64,000 bases of DNA from Octopus vulgaris (lineage: Eukaryota). Positions 13,223 through 27,719 of this stretch are shown here, piece by piece; within the stretch, counting starts at the first letter, position 1, and each line of letters opens with the position of its first letter. The translations under genes and the position numbers were made by a program. The DNA lies in assembly GCA_951406725.2 (NCBI GenBank), contig OX597822.1, positions 96,906,001-96,970,000 on the forward strand, in the 5' to 3' direction. The notes below the pieces were generated by a model that did not search any database, had not been told where the DNA came from, and saw only the letters and a list, made by a program, of their open reading frames with translations.

Positions 13223-13880
13223 GTAAGACTTTTCTTATGTGAATTTATCGATTTTGGTTTTTTTTACATTTTTACTTATCGTATTTTTTTCCTTTTTTGT
13301 CGTTAACCCTGTTGTTGTTTACTTTAATTCCCCCCATCATTATGTTGGGTATATATCATTATGTTGGGTATAAATCAGTCTATATAACACGGCACTTGTT
13401 AGAGTACCTCCAATGGAATGCTGACAATTTTTCCTAAACATCTGTTGTGTTTGCTCATTAACTATTTCTTCAGTCGCGTATAAGAAAAAAAGAAAAAGAA
13501 AAACAAATTTGTCAAAATGCCATCTTATGTGAAGAAAAGGTAACATCTACCATACGCATTCGGTTTTGTTCGCCTTTCATCCTCTCGGGGGTCGATAAAT
13601 TAAGTACCAGTTACGCACTGGGGGGTCGATGTAATCGACTTAATCCCTTTGTCTGTCCTTGTTTGTCCCCCTCTGTGTTTAGCCCCCTTGTGGGTAGTAA
13701 AGAAATATATATTCAGGGTGAAAAATAGGGTTTAGTAAAGTAAGATAAGGTAGTAGTGTTTAAAATCTCAGGAGAGAGAGACGTTGATGTCGCAATTTGA
13801 GTTTCATTTCTTTTAAGTTATACAGAAAGTGATACATTTGTAAAGGAGAGGTGGGATATTCATACTTTTTGTCTCTTCAG

Positions 13881-13889
13881 ATTAGTGAG
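13881..13889 (+). CDS. candidate 9-nt microexon (ISE) of the MAST gene
   Basis: tactttttgtctcttcag|ATTAGTGAG|gtaaat: strong acceptor and plausible donor, frame-preserving in a phase-0 intron. Confidence 0.4.
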
Positions 13890-14571
13890 GTAAATGTTTA
13901 AGGAAACTAAACTGACTGGAATTTGTTGCTAAAAAAGAAACTGGATGTTGTGAAGACCATGCTTCCCCCGCCACCGACAGCAAGTGCAACTGAAGCGAGA
14001 TGGCTGCAAGTGGGAAAAGAAATCGTTCCATTGGTGTGAATCTCTAGCTGTTGTATTTACTCCAAGATTTATATCTTCATTCATTTAACTTTTCATTTAC
14101 TATAAGACTAATGTTGAAACAACCCCTGATAAAACTCTCGGACTGTGATGGAATGGTAAATAGTGAAGCATCTTGTCTAAAGTACCCAAAGTGAAAACTG
14201 TCCGTAAAGATATCCTAAAGCAGCATTTTTCAACCAACATCTACACCCGTCATTGATATTCTGAGGCACAGTATTAAGGACTCGCTCTATGATCTTTGTT
14301 TTTCACCCCCATCAGAATTGACAATGTTTTGTCTTAATACCCAAGTACAACTGAGGGCCCCTTACTACTAGTGATACATAGTTTAACAACAAGGGTTTAC
14401 TGCCTAGTAAAAATGTTACACTAGGAGTGGAGATAGTGATGGTGATGAGGTGTTTGCTAGCAACAGTATGGTTGTGTTGGTGATTGTATTGTGTTGGTAA
14501 TAGTGATGATAGTTACAAAACTGTGGTGTGATGGCACACATTATAGTGTTGTTACAATGTTGGTGGTGTGG

Positions 14572-14608
<37 letters not shown>

Positions 14609-14935
14609 GGTCCCGGGTTGAGTCGGGGTTAACCACAGTAAATAAGGTACTCAATACATAGCAGAGTAAAGTAATTTATTTTATAATTAAGATTATTTTG
14701 ACAGCCAGCTTCCTGAAGATTTCATCTGAATGAAACAGTTCTAGTCCTGTAGAAGCTCCTTCTATAAAATAAATATATATATATATTCTTTTATTTTTCT
14801 GTCATTTGACTGCGGCCATGCTGGAGCACCGCCTTCAGTCGAGCAAATAGACCATTTGTCATCTTTTTCTACCTCGGGTAGAAAATGTTTCATTCTAAGT
14901 ATTTTGTCTAGAAGTAGAATATGTTCTAGCATCTG

Positions 14936-15022
<87 letters not shown>

Positions 15023-15150
15023 CATGTGTCTAAGATAAATGATTTTCATTGTGTATATGTTTATGTGTGTGAGCATATTTATATATTCTCTCTCATACAC
15101 ACACACACAAACATTCACCCACGCACACCCACACAAAACAAAGCTGCTCG

Positions 15151-15208
<58 letters not shown>

Positions 15209-15274
15209 TCCCTCCATCCATATTCATTTAGTTTCTATATCAACCAATTCCTTCATGAAAAAGGTTATGAGCAC

Positions 15275-15815
15275 ATGTATATATATGTAAGTATGTATAT
15301 ATATGTATGTATGTATACATATATGTATGTATGTATACATATGTATGCATGTATATATATATGTATGTATATATATATGTATATATATATGTATGTATAT
15401 ATATATGTATATATATATGTATGTATATATATATGTATATATATATGTATGTATATATATATATGTATATATATATATGTATATATATATATATGTATGT
15501 ATGTATATATATATTTGTATATATGTATGTATGTATATATATATGTATATATATATATGTATGTAAATATATATATGTATATATATATATGTATGTATGT
15601 ATATATATATGTTATATATATATATGTATGTATGTATATATATATGTATATATATATATGTATGTATGTATATATATATGTATATATATATGTATGTATG
15701 TATATATATATGTGTATATATATATGTATATATATATATATGTATGTATGTATGTATATATGTATGTATGTATATATGTATGTATGTATATATGTATGTA
15801 TGTATATATATATGT

Positions 15816-15849
<34 letters not shown>

Positions 15850-15922
15850 GTATGTATATATATGTATGTATGTGTATGTATGTATGTGTATGTATGTATA
15901 TATATGTATATATATATGTATG

Positions 15923-15955
<33 letters not shown>

Positions 15956-16020
15956 GTATATATGTATGTATGTATATATATATGTATGTATGTATGTATA
16001 TATGTATGTGTGTATGTATA
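15275..16020. repeat. compound (TA)n/(TATG)n microsatellite, about 750 bp
   Basis: Direct inspection; it is the source of the spurious 399-aa ORF. Confidence 0.95.
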
Positions 16021-16776
16021 TCATCATCATCATCATCATCATCATCGTTTAGCGTCCGTTTTCCATGCTAGCATGGGTTGGACGGGTCAACTGGGGTCTG
16101 TGAAGCTGGAAGGCTTCGTCAGGCCCAGTCAGATCTGGCAGTGTTTCTACGGCTGGATGCCCTTCCTAACGCCATATATATATATACATGTGCACGTGTT
16201 ACCCCGGGTAGGGCAGGCACGGTGAAGTGGTTAAGAATTTTGCATAACAATCATAACATCCTGAGTTCGATCCCATTGCATGGCATGTTGGACCAAATTT
16301 CTTTTACATTAGCCTCACCTTGACCCAAGCCTTATGAGTGGAACTTGTGGTGGGGTTGATAACAGTGGGAGCCATTTGTACGGACTCAATCTGTTCATTT
16401 AAAGGATCGACCTTGCTCCACCTCCCACCCCCATACACACATTGTATCATTATAGTTTTTTTTACCTGTTGATTACTTTAAGAGTACACGTGACAGTGGG
16501 ATACTCATTGCCTCTATACTAATCTAATTAGTTGGCGGTTTAGTTAATCGAACAGCTGGAAAACTCATTACTGAAACCATGGAAGATTTGTTTATTTATG
16601 TGTGTATATGTATGTATGTATGTCTATGTATGTGTATGTATGTATATGTATGTATATGTATATATGTATGTATATATATGTATATATATGTATGTATATA
16701 TATGTATATATATGTATGTATATATATATGTATGTATGTATATATATATGTATGTATGTATATATATATGTATGTG

Positions 16777-16808
<32 letters not shown>

Positions 16809-16826
16809 TGTATGTATATATATATG

Positions 16827-16862
<36 letters not shown>

Positions 16863-19065
16863 TGTGCACGTGTTGCCCCTGGTAGGGCAGGCACGGTGAA
16901 GTGGTTAAGAAGTTTGCTTATATATACATATATATATACATACATATATATAAAGTTCTTGCTAGTGTACACTAAAAATATGTATGGCAGGAAAATAAGT
17001 CAAAATTGATGGGGGTATCTTTATTTATATACAAATATAAATAGTCTGGATTTTTCTAAGGAAACGATAAAAATACAACTGGAATCCCTTTTATCTAGGG
17101 GTTTGTGAGTGTGTTGTCTAATTATTTGGCGGGCATCCTTTGTTTCTGCTTTTATAATTAGTTACTACGATGTTGCTTGCTGTTAGCACTCACTCACACA
17201 TGCACTACACACGTGTGTGTGTAGGAGTGATGCTTATACACGTGTGTGTGTGTAGGAGTACTTACATTTCTAGCAATATAATCGATATGTATGAATAGGT
17301 TTAAGCAGTAAAGGACCAGATCAAATTGTCTTAGACTACTTTGGTTTGCTATTCTGCCTACTTGAGTCAGACAGTCTTACCTCAGATAGCAATGAGTTGC
17401 TTTTAAGCAGTAAAGTAGACTATTTTGTTTTGCCATTCTGCCCATTAGACAGAGGATCTAACCTCAGATGATTTTGAGTTGCTTTAAGCTGTAAAGGACC
17501 TAGCAAAAGACCATTTAGTTTTGCCATTCAGACCACTAGACACAGAGAATCTTTTTCTCAGATACCACTGCCTTTCGTCCTACTAGCGCTGACATTAAAA
17601 CCACCAGTTATATATCAATCATCAACATTGACATCATTTATGTATGTTTTCCATGTGGGCATGAGTTGGACGGGTCATCATGAGCCAAATCCTTTCTTAT
17701 GTAGAGTTACTGTCCGCCCAAGCAGGTTGGAGGACTGCTCTTCACTCATATGTCACAAATTTTGCATCGCCTCTCCAGCTAGCTGCCCTTCCCGGCACCA
17801 ACTAATTTGCAGAGTGTCCAAGGTGCACTTAATCATGGTACCAGCACTAGGAGAGATCTTGTTCTCGATGTGACTAAACATTTCTAGTTTTAAGATCTTC
17901 TATTCTGGAGGGAAGACAGTGCCCATTATTTTTTTTACAGGACCCCAAACACTGGTTGGAAGGAGGAGCCCAGTAGAATGAACTTCGTTAACCCTTTAGT
18001 GTTTAACCAGCCATATCTAACCCACATATTGTATGTTTTAAATTCAAACTGGCAAGATCTGGCATCTCTCACCTATCTTGCAATGTCATTCTAAAAATAA
18101 ACAATCACATCATCGAAATCCCAAAACCATGAGATAATACAAAGTGGAAACTCCCTATTCTGTGTAGTCTTTATTCTCTTCAAGACTTATTTAAACAGAC
18201 TCTCTCCTTGCCTAACCTAAAGGAATCATTATTAACACTTTTGTCTGTGGCAGAAATGGTTGATTACTTTACTTTGTGAGATATTTAGCAAGCCCTTATT
18301 AAAATTCTGAGTTCAAAAAGGGTGGCAAGCTGGCTGAAGTGTTAGCACACCAGGTTAAATGCTTAGCAGTATTTCATCTGTCTTTATGTTCTGAGTTCAA
18401 ATTTTGCTGAGGTCGACTTTGCCTTTCATCATTTTGGGGTTAATACAATAAGCACTAGTTGAGCACTAATGACTTAGCCACTTCCTCAAAATCTCCGTCC
18501 TTTGAAATCAATATTCTGGGTTCAAATCTTGCTGAAGCACATTTCTGGTGTTAGTTAACTTTGCTACTAGTTACATAGTGTCAAGCCCTTTGAAATACTA
18601 ATCTGCTGAAGACAACCTCCTCTGTTTCAATGATATAAACTTCCTGTTTTAAAGTGGTCTGAATTAAAAACTTCCAATTAGAATTTCTTATTAATTTATG
18701 TTCCAAACATTAGATTAATAGCAACAAAGTTGTTTTACTAAATTCTACATATTTTCAAAATTAATCTAAACTGTGTATTTTGGCAGAAATATGTTAACAA
18801 AAGGATTAAATCAAATATAATTTTTTTCCATCAATATTTGTTTCCTTGTGCCAGACGTAGAAAGCTGGCAGAATTGTTAGCATACTGGGCGAAATGCTTG
18901 GCGGTATTTCACCCGTCACTACGTTCTGAGCTCAAATTCTGCCGAGGTCAACTTTGCCGTTTATCCTTTCAGGGCTGATAAATTGAGTACCAGTGAAACA
19001 CTGGGGCCGATGTAATCGACTATTCCCCTCCCCCAAAATTTCAGACTTTGTGTCTATAGTAGAAA

Positions 19066-19185
19066 GGAACAACGTGAAATAAAGTGTCTTGCTCAAGAAC
19101 ACAACCCGCAGCCCGGTCCGGGATTCAAGCTCACAACCTCACGATCGTAAGCTCAGCGTTCTAACCACTGAGCCATGCGCCTTCA
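19066..19185 (-). mobile_element. tRNA-headed CORE-like SINE 5' fragment (another family)
   Basis: Reverse complement gtgaaggcgcatggctcagtggttaga...gtgttcttgagcaagacac. Confidence 0.7.
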
Positions 19186-21489
19186 CAATAATTCAAAATA
19201 ATGCAAGTAAATAAGCATTACATTTCATAGAGTAATCTGAATGCTAAAGGGTTGATTGGTAATGAGGATGCTGATGACATTCTGCAGGTGCCAGTACCAC
19301 ATAAAATGCACTCATTCTAGTGCCATGTAAAATGCATTTGTGCTGGTGCCACATAAAATGCACTCATGCCAGTGCTATGTAGATGCACCAATGCCTGTAG
19401 CCCGAGAAAAGCACCCAGTACACTCTGTAAAGTGCTTGGCGTTGGGAAGGGCATCCAGCCATAGAAACCAGGCCAAAAAACAGACAATTGGCACCTGGAC
19501 AGCTCTCTGGTTGACCAGCTCCTATCAAACCATTCAGCAGGGCAAACAGACATTAAACGATAACTACAATCATTTTATGTAGCCATGGTAGTAGAACTGA
19601 TAATCTTGCAGCACGGCGAGGTTTCTTCAGATCCTCGTTTGAAGAGTCATTTGATTAGTGACAAAAAGTACATATGAAAAAAAGGGGGGGGTCACACCAC
19701 AAGAGAATATCCATATGTCTTCCAACTCCTACTCTTTCTCTTCAGTCACCACCACAGGGTTTTTTTTTTTTTTGTTTTTTTTTTTTTTTGGCCCCCTTAA
19801 GTTTTTGCTTGGCAACCAGTTTTTCTATTTACATAAATCAATAAATGAGTAGATTTTCTTGCTTCGGTGAAAAATATTCTTTTCACTCAGCTCTTGAAAA
19901 AGTAATGATAAGGATGTTAAAATAACAATAATAATAATAATAATAATAATAACAACAATAATAATAATAACATGAATAACAGTTGTAGGAGTAATAATAA
20001 TAATAATAATAATAATAATAGCACTCATGATGATACAAATCAACAAAAAATTGTTAAAAAGAATAGGATATCGATAAAGCTTATAATTCTGCTTTGCTGA
20101 ATAATAATATTATTATCACGAGAAACCATGTTGTGTTATAACAGCATTCATGTCAATATTTTTTCTTTTGTGATATTATTCTTTCATATTAAGTCATTGA
20201 TAGTCTTTAAATTGTTCGGCATTGAGAGAAGGTGATTGGCGGCCATGTAGTTGAGTCTTCCAATATATATAAAAATAACGCGCACGTCATCATTATTATT
20301 ATTATTATTATTATTATTTTAATTTTTAAATACCTTTTTTTATTTATTTTCTTCAAAAGAATAATAATTTCAGTATGATTACTGTAATGGCATAAATAAG
20401 TGGATTTATAACTGGCTGAAAGAAGAAACTGTCAAAACCATATGGTTTCTTTCTCACACACACACACACACACAATTATCATCATCATCGTCTTTTAACG
20501 TCCACTTTTCCATGCTTGCATGAGTCAAAATGAATTTGTTGAGGCAAATTTTCTACAGCCGGATGCTCTTCCTGACATCAACCCTCACTCTTTCCCAAAC
20601 AAGGTAATATTTCCCCTTGACCAGACATGTTTTTTTATGGAAGACCGGAAAAGAACGACACTGCTTGTATGACGGTGCTGCTTGTCTACAAGCATAACAA
20701 GATGTCAAGACAGGTACACAAACACACACATATATATATGACTTGTCACAACTACATAATTGCATTATTCAGGCAGTTCACCAAAGCACAGTGTCAAAAT
20801 GGGGATTGTGAGCAGGTTTCATTCCCGGATCACTTTTTTCTTCCTGTGCAGTGTATAAATTAATGACAGAATAAGCAATTGTTTAGAATGCAATAAATAG
20901 GGACAGGCATTGGCTGTGTGGTGAGAAGCTTGCTTCCCAACCAGATGGTTTTGAGTTCAGTCCCACTTCATGGCATGTTGAGCCAACCAAAGCCTTGTGA
21001 GTGAATTTCATAGATGAAAACTGAAAGAAACCCATTGTGTGTGTGTGTGTGTGTGCCTGTCTTTGTGTCTGGGGTTGTGCCTCACCACTGCTTGACAACC
21101 GATGTCGGTGTGTTTATATCCTTGTAATGTAGCAGTTCGGCAAATTCTGTCTGACCCATGCCAGCATGGAAAAATGGACGTTAAAAACAATGATGATGGT
21201 AATATCCTTCTCTATGGTTTGTTCAGATGAATGTCTGGCAAATTACTATTCTAAAAGAATTGGTCTGTACCTGTCTTGACTAGCAATGCAAGTCTCTAAA
21301 TAGACATAAAGGGTGTATCTGCTGAAAATGGTTGTTGATATCCTCAACTGTCTGAGCATCTAAACAACTGAGTCATCATTATCTATATATCAGAATGTAA
21401 TACATTTATAATGAATGCTGTATCAAACTGATCTGTATCGTACTTTAGTCTGTCTGTAATGTAAATGTTAAGGCTATGAATCCTAAACA

Positions 21490-21654
21490 GGCGCAGGAGT
21501 GGCTGTGTGGTAAGTAGCTTACTTACCAACCACATGGTTCCGGGTTCATTCCCACTGCGTGGCACCTTGGGCAAGTGGTGTCGTCTCCTATAGCCTCGGG
21601 CCGACCAAAGCCTTGTGAGTGGATTTGGTAGATGGAAACTGAAAGAAGCCCATC

Positions 21655-21700
<46 letters not shown>

Positions 21701-21915
21701 GTATATATGTGTGTGTGTGTTTGTGTTTGTTCCCCCAGCATCGCTTGACAACCGATGGGGGTGTGTTTACATCCCCGTAACTTAGCGGCTTAGCTAAAGA
21801 GACCAATAGAATAAGTACTAGGCTTACAAAGAATAAGTCCTGGGGTCGATTTGCTCGACTAAAGGTGGTGCTCCAGCATGGCCACAATCTAACGACTGCA
21901 ACAAGTAAAAGATTA
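21490..21915 (+). mobile_element. SINE family 2, full length
   Basis: Matches 9153-9558. Confidence 0.88.
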
Positions 21916-23549
21916 AAGGTATGAACACTATACCTTTGTTGCCCTCCCCAACAAAATCATCTTTCATAGAAAAACTAATTCTAGAATGATGTATTGGTAA
22001 ACTTGCTGAATATAAATAGGAAATATAAATATATAATAGCAGTTAGTTATCTAATTATTATATTATTCCTTCCTTCCCTACAGAATAAAAAAAAACATGC
22101 TTTCTCTCTTGCCTACAAAATTACTTTTTGAGTTTCTCCCATCATCTTTCCCACTTTCTTTCCCAACTTCTCTTGCTCCCACCCTCTTTCTCACATACAT
22201 AAACAAAAAAAAAAAACATTGCTAATGTAAAAGTGTAAAAAAAAAAATAGTAAAGGAAAAGATCAACCATGGTACTCAAAAGACTTTTGAAGAGTGGAAG
22301 TTTTAAAGAGCAAATAATACTAGAGTCATTATGCTTGCGTGTAAAAGACAGGTCATGCTACATATGCCCAATCCATTGATTCTGTAAGGAGTTTGATAGA
22401 GAAATTATTAAAATGTCTTCAGTGAAGAAGTAGGGCAAGAAATTTTTTTTTTTTGTTCTTGTAGCAGACAAAAATTCTTTGTTGCTGTAATTCCTGAACT
22501 ATAAGACCTTGGCAAATAATATTTTGCTTTTTCATTCAACTGGAAATTCTAATGAATAGAAACGGTTGATTGCGAAGTCATTTAACTGATCATTATAGTA
22601 ACGGTTGTAACAACAACAACAGCAGTAGTAGTAGTAGTAGTGTGGTAGTGGTGGTGGTTGAATTGTTAGCAGTGGTGTAGGTGTTGGTTGACTTGTGGAA
22701 GTGGTACAGATGGGTTTTAAGCTCTTCATATGATCGGTATTTACTGAGTTCTATGCTGTCTTTCATCTATCTGTCGGTGTTCAATAAAATAAATATCGGT
22801 GACACATAAGGCTTGATTGAATCAGCTTCATACTTCCTACTTCCTCCATTATAAAATCAACTTTGCGTTTGATGAAAAAGAAAATCAATATTATTGATGG
22901 TTAGAGCTTGAACATCAAGATAAATGCCTTGGAGTATATTTAGGCCAGCTGTTTGCATCCTAAGTTCAAATCCCCACTGAGGTCAACTTCACCCTTTTAA
23001 TCCTTCCAAGATCAAGGGAATCAAGTACATGTATTGAATGAAGATCAGTGCATTTGACTGTTATCACTGCCCAAATTTTGGCCATGTACCAAACATAGAA
23101 ATTACTATTCAAAAGTCAGTTGACTGACAAAACTGTTTAAATGTGAAGAACTGAAATGAACTGTACAAAGTTTGATGCAAAGAGTTTAAACCACACCAAA
23201 TTCAACTTTGACCTTTATCTTTCTCCGATCAATAAAATGAAGCACCATTCAAGTACTAGAGTAGGTTTTATATAGTAATCTCTCACCATAAATTTGTTCT
23301 TGTGCCTGTGTTAGAAACTACTACTACTACTACTACTACCATCATTATTATTATTATTTATTAAGGTGGCAAGCTGGCAAAATCATTAGGATGCTGGACA
23401 AAAGTGCTTAGTGGCATTTCATCTGTCCTTATGTTCTGAGTTCAAATTCCACTGGGGTCAACGAAATAAATACCAGTTGAGCACTGAGGTCAATGTAATT
23501 GGCCTAGATTCTCTTCCAAAATTGCTGGCCTTGTGCCAAAATTTGAAAC

Positions 23550-23592
<43 letters not shown>

Positions 23593-24034
23593 GTCTTTGT
23601 GATCTGAGTTCAAATTCCGTCAAGGTCGACTTCACCTTTCATTCATTCAGGATTGTTGAAAAAACAAGAACATTTGAGCAATGGGATTGATGCGATTGAA
23701 TGGCTCCCAAAATTTCGGGCCTCATCCCTATATCATTTTGATTATTATTAAGACAGCGAGCTGGTAGAATTGTTAGCATGCCGGGCAAAATGCTTTTAAA
23801 TCTTTTAGGAGTCAATACAATAAAGTGCTAACACTTGGGTTGTTGGACTTAACTGAACCCTCTGACCAAAATTTCATATCTTGTGTCTAAATGAAAAATT
23901 ATTGTGTGTACATCTGCACTCACTTATTCAAAAGACATTTGAGTAAGACTGTTGAAAGTACTTCTATCAATAACTTGGTCTCTGCACTTTACTCCTTCAG
24001 AGCTGTGTGGAATAAACTATACTTTACTTGCAAA

Positions 24035-24265
24035 GCGGCGAGCTGGCAGAAACGTTAGCACGTCGGGCGAAATGCGTAGCCGTATTTCGTCTGGCGTTAC
24101 GTTCTGAGTTCAAATTCCGCCGAGGTCGACTTTGCCTTTCATCCTTTCGGGGTCGATAAATTTAAGTACCAGTTACGCACTGGGGTCGAGGTAATTGACT
24201 TAATCCCTTTCTCTGTCCTTGTTTGTCTCCTCTGTGTTTAGCCCCTTGTGGGTAGTAAAGAAATA
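24035..24265 (+). mobile_element. SINE family 1, full length, with 17-bp TSD
   Basis: tatactttacttgcaaa at 24018-24034 and 24266-24282. Confidence 0.92.
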
Positions 24266-25598
24266 TATACTTTACTTGCAAAATTACCTCATTACCATAT
24301 TCGTCTAACCTGGGGCTAGCATGAAGAAAAAAAAAAAAAATGAACAAATTGCTGAGAATTAGGTCTTTAGATTCATATTTTCCACATCATTCTTGACAAT
24401 ATGTATTTGTAAATTTTTTTCTGTGGCTGATTTTTTTTCCCCCGCTTCAAAAGCATAGTTATTGCTTTTAAACATCAAAATATGAAATTAATTACAAATG
24501 AAAGGTGTCAGCTATTCACTGCAATCATCATCATCATCATCATTATTTTAACCATCATTATTATTGGATTAGTATTGTTTGTGAATTATTTTGGTTTATG
24601 TTATCATTATTACTATTGAATTGTCGTTCTGTGTGCTAGCCAATGTTTATTTAATTGTGCATCGCTGCAATACAACCTGAAGTTTGCCGTTATAAAATCA
24701 GCTCAGTGCTTCCAACCTTACCATTATTATTTTTTTTATTTCCATCTGAGATGGAATAATTCTGCTTAGTGACCTCAATATATATTTTGGAAAGGACAAA
24801 CCAATAGCCGTCCGAGAAAATGTGTGTGTGTAATATGTCTGCATATGCATGTATGTGTGGTGTTTGTGTGTGTGTGAGTGTATGCAGGAGTGGCTGTGTG
24901 GTAAGTAGCTTGCTTACCAACCACATGGTTCTGGGTTCGTTCCCACTGCGTGGCACCTTGGGCGAGTGTCTTCTACTATAGCCTCAGACCGACCAAAGCC
25001 TTGTGAGTGGATATATATACTAGTCTTGGCATTCCCATGCTGGAAATTGTATTTAGAACAATATTTCATTCAAAATTGATTCTTTTGATTGTATGAAACC
25101 AGGAAAAACAAGAAATCAATTTCTGATGTACATTATTGAAGTACTTTGCAGCACGTAATATATTGGTATTTCACTGTAACCATTATCTTTTAGTGTTGTG
25201 TTTTGTTTAATTAGATAGCAAGAAGCGGGTGAGTATTACCTGATAGTATCTTCATGTGTTCTAAGACTAGTTGATAGGATGTAAAATAGAGACTCATCAT
25301 CTTCTTCGTCATTCCAACTTCCACTTTTCCGTGCTTGCATGGGTCAGATGAAATTCGTTAAGGTGGGTCTTTTTGCAGCCCTCCCTGTTGCCAAACCTCG
25401 GGTGTTTCCAAGTAAGATCATATTTTCCCATGACCAGACATGTTTTCATGGAAGACTGGAAATGAAGAATGCTGCTTGCATAACAGTGACAATCGTTTAC
25501 AACTATAACCATAACACATACACACACACACACACAATAGCCTTCATTCAGTTTCCATCTACCAAATCCACTCACAAGGCTTTGGTTAGTCTGTAGTC

Positions 25599-26120
25599 AT
25601 TACATGGAAAAGTGCAAGCAGGAAAAGTAATATTCTTAAGATTATAAACCTGGAAAAGTACAGGACAAGTTATTACTTCTAGTGAAGTAAAGAATAAGAA
25701 ACATTTTACTTAAAATATTGCAGCAAAGAATGCCAGTCCTTCTAATTTATCACTCTTTACAGTTTTCATCTTTTAAATTTATTGTACAATATTGTTCAGC
25801 TAATTTGTAAGTTTGTCTAATTAGTCACTTTTTCTGTATTTAAGGTAGTAAATTAGCCAAATTTTACTTAAATAAGTATAGTGTTATTTGTAAACTATTA
25901 TAAAATAGGGTTTTAATATTCAAATTTTAATTTTAGCTGCAATATTTTAAGTAAAAAGTGTCTTATTCTTTACTTTACTAGAAGTAATAGCTTGTACTAT
26001 ACTTTTCCAGGTGTAATAGCTTGTCCTATACTTTTCCAGGTGTAATAACTTGTCCTCTACTTTTCCCAGGTTTATAATCTTAAGCATATTACTTTTCATG
26101 CTCGCACTTTTCCATGTAAT
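25599..26120. mobile_element. fold-back or MITE-like element with long inverted arms
   Basis: 25599-25724 is the reverse complement of 25936-26120, which carries two extra ~29-bp internal repeats. Confidence 0.8.
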
Positions 26121-27495
26121 CCATGATTTTTTATCTGTTATAAGATAATAATGTGTCAATTAATAATTTAAGATTTTACTGTATAAAATACTGAAATATA
26201 ATACTTCAATTTTTCATGTGTATATATATATATATACATACACACACACACGATGGATGACAGGCTTCTTTTAACTTCCATCTACAAAATCCACTCTCAA
26301 GGTTTTGGTTGGTCTTAGGCTACAGTAGAAGACATTTGCCCTCGCTGCCCAGATGTGGGATTGAACCCAAAATTACATGGTTAAGAAGCAAGCTTCTTAA
26401 CTACTCAAGATTTATCCTTATGCAAAATTTCCCCTACCTATTCATAAAACTGTCCTACAGCTATGAACATTTATCGTTTTCTCTATGTTAAGAATTTGCT
26501 TATTCTCTCAGGCAAAGGATTGAATATCTTTCATTAATTTACGTTTTGTTTTATTGTCTATCTCATGACAGACTGAACATATTCTATAAAAGGACATTGG
26601 TTGTATGATGTCCATTTATGCCTCCATACGAGTGTACATATGTGCGTGTGTTGTATATCAATGTAGTTGGCACCGTATCGTGGATGATGCGTGTATGTGC
26701 ATATGTATGTATGGATGGATGTGTTTGTACATCACTGTATTTAGCAGACTCTCACAGATAAGACACACAGTGTGTATCTGTAAGGAATTATTCCATCAAT
26801 TGACTAATTATACAGCCAACTAACAGCTTCTTATGACAGATTACTTTCCTGAAGATTTATTAACACAACCTACATTCTCTGTCGAAGCCTTTGTTAATCT
26901 GTTTACAGCTGCACTTCATATCATTATTCACCAGAGCAATATTGCGTTCAAGTGGTGGATAAAGAAGTTAAATGTTTATTGAGTTGCCATCACTATGTGA
27001 AGTATCTGTCTTGTACTTCCGAGAGGTCATTCAGCGTTGATATATTTTGATTAGGCTACGAGTTGATAGTTGTAAGATTGAAATGCTTTGCTTCGCCCTG
27101 GGCCCACATTGCTCGGTGATGTCATAGGAGTGCCATTGTGATGTGTGGCATGTCTTGGATGCTTTTAGACTTGGTGACGCTTATCCTTCTTTGACTCTGC
27201 AATTGATTTCTTCCAGAGAAAGACAGAGAGAAGAATCAAATTCCAGTAGAGCATTACCATCATCTTCATTTTAGCATCCACTTTTCTATGCTTGCATGGG
27301 TTGGATGAAGTATATTGGGAAAGATTTTCTATAGCTGAATGCCCTTCCTCTCACCAATCTTTACCTGTTTCCAGAAAGGTGATATTGCCTCATAGGAATA
27401 TTTTGCAGAATATTGGAAACGAATGATAATCACTTACAACAGTCATACAATCTTAAGGGAAGGAGACACACACTTGCCATGACAGACTGACGAAG

Positions 27496-27719
27496 GCAGA
27501 AACGTTAGCACGCCGGGCGAAATGCTTAGCAGTATTTCATCTGCCTCTACGTTCTGAGTTCAAATTCCACCGAGGTCGACTTTGCCTTTCATCCTTTCAG
27601 GGTCGATTAAATAAGTACCAGTTACGCACTGGGGTCGATATAATCGACTTAATCCATTTGTCTGTCCTTGTTTGTCCTCTCTGTGTTTAGCCCCTCGTGG
27701 GTAGTAATGAAATAGGTAT
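27496..27719 (+). mobile_element. SINE family 1
   Basis: Near-consensus copy. Confidence 0.88.

Noticed and set aside
15026-16225. 399-aa ORF and the many other YI/VC/HT/LS-rich ORFs (e.g. 34375-36726, 42623-43486, 58925-60220)
   Set aside because: These are translations of dinucleotide and tetranucleotide microsatellites that lack stop codons; there is no coding signal.
27487-27510. CTGACGA-aggca-GAAAC hammerhead-like core
   Set aside because: It is formed at a SINE 5' junction, with no stem II or supporting stems.
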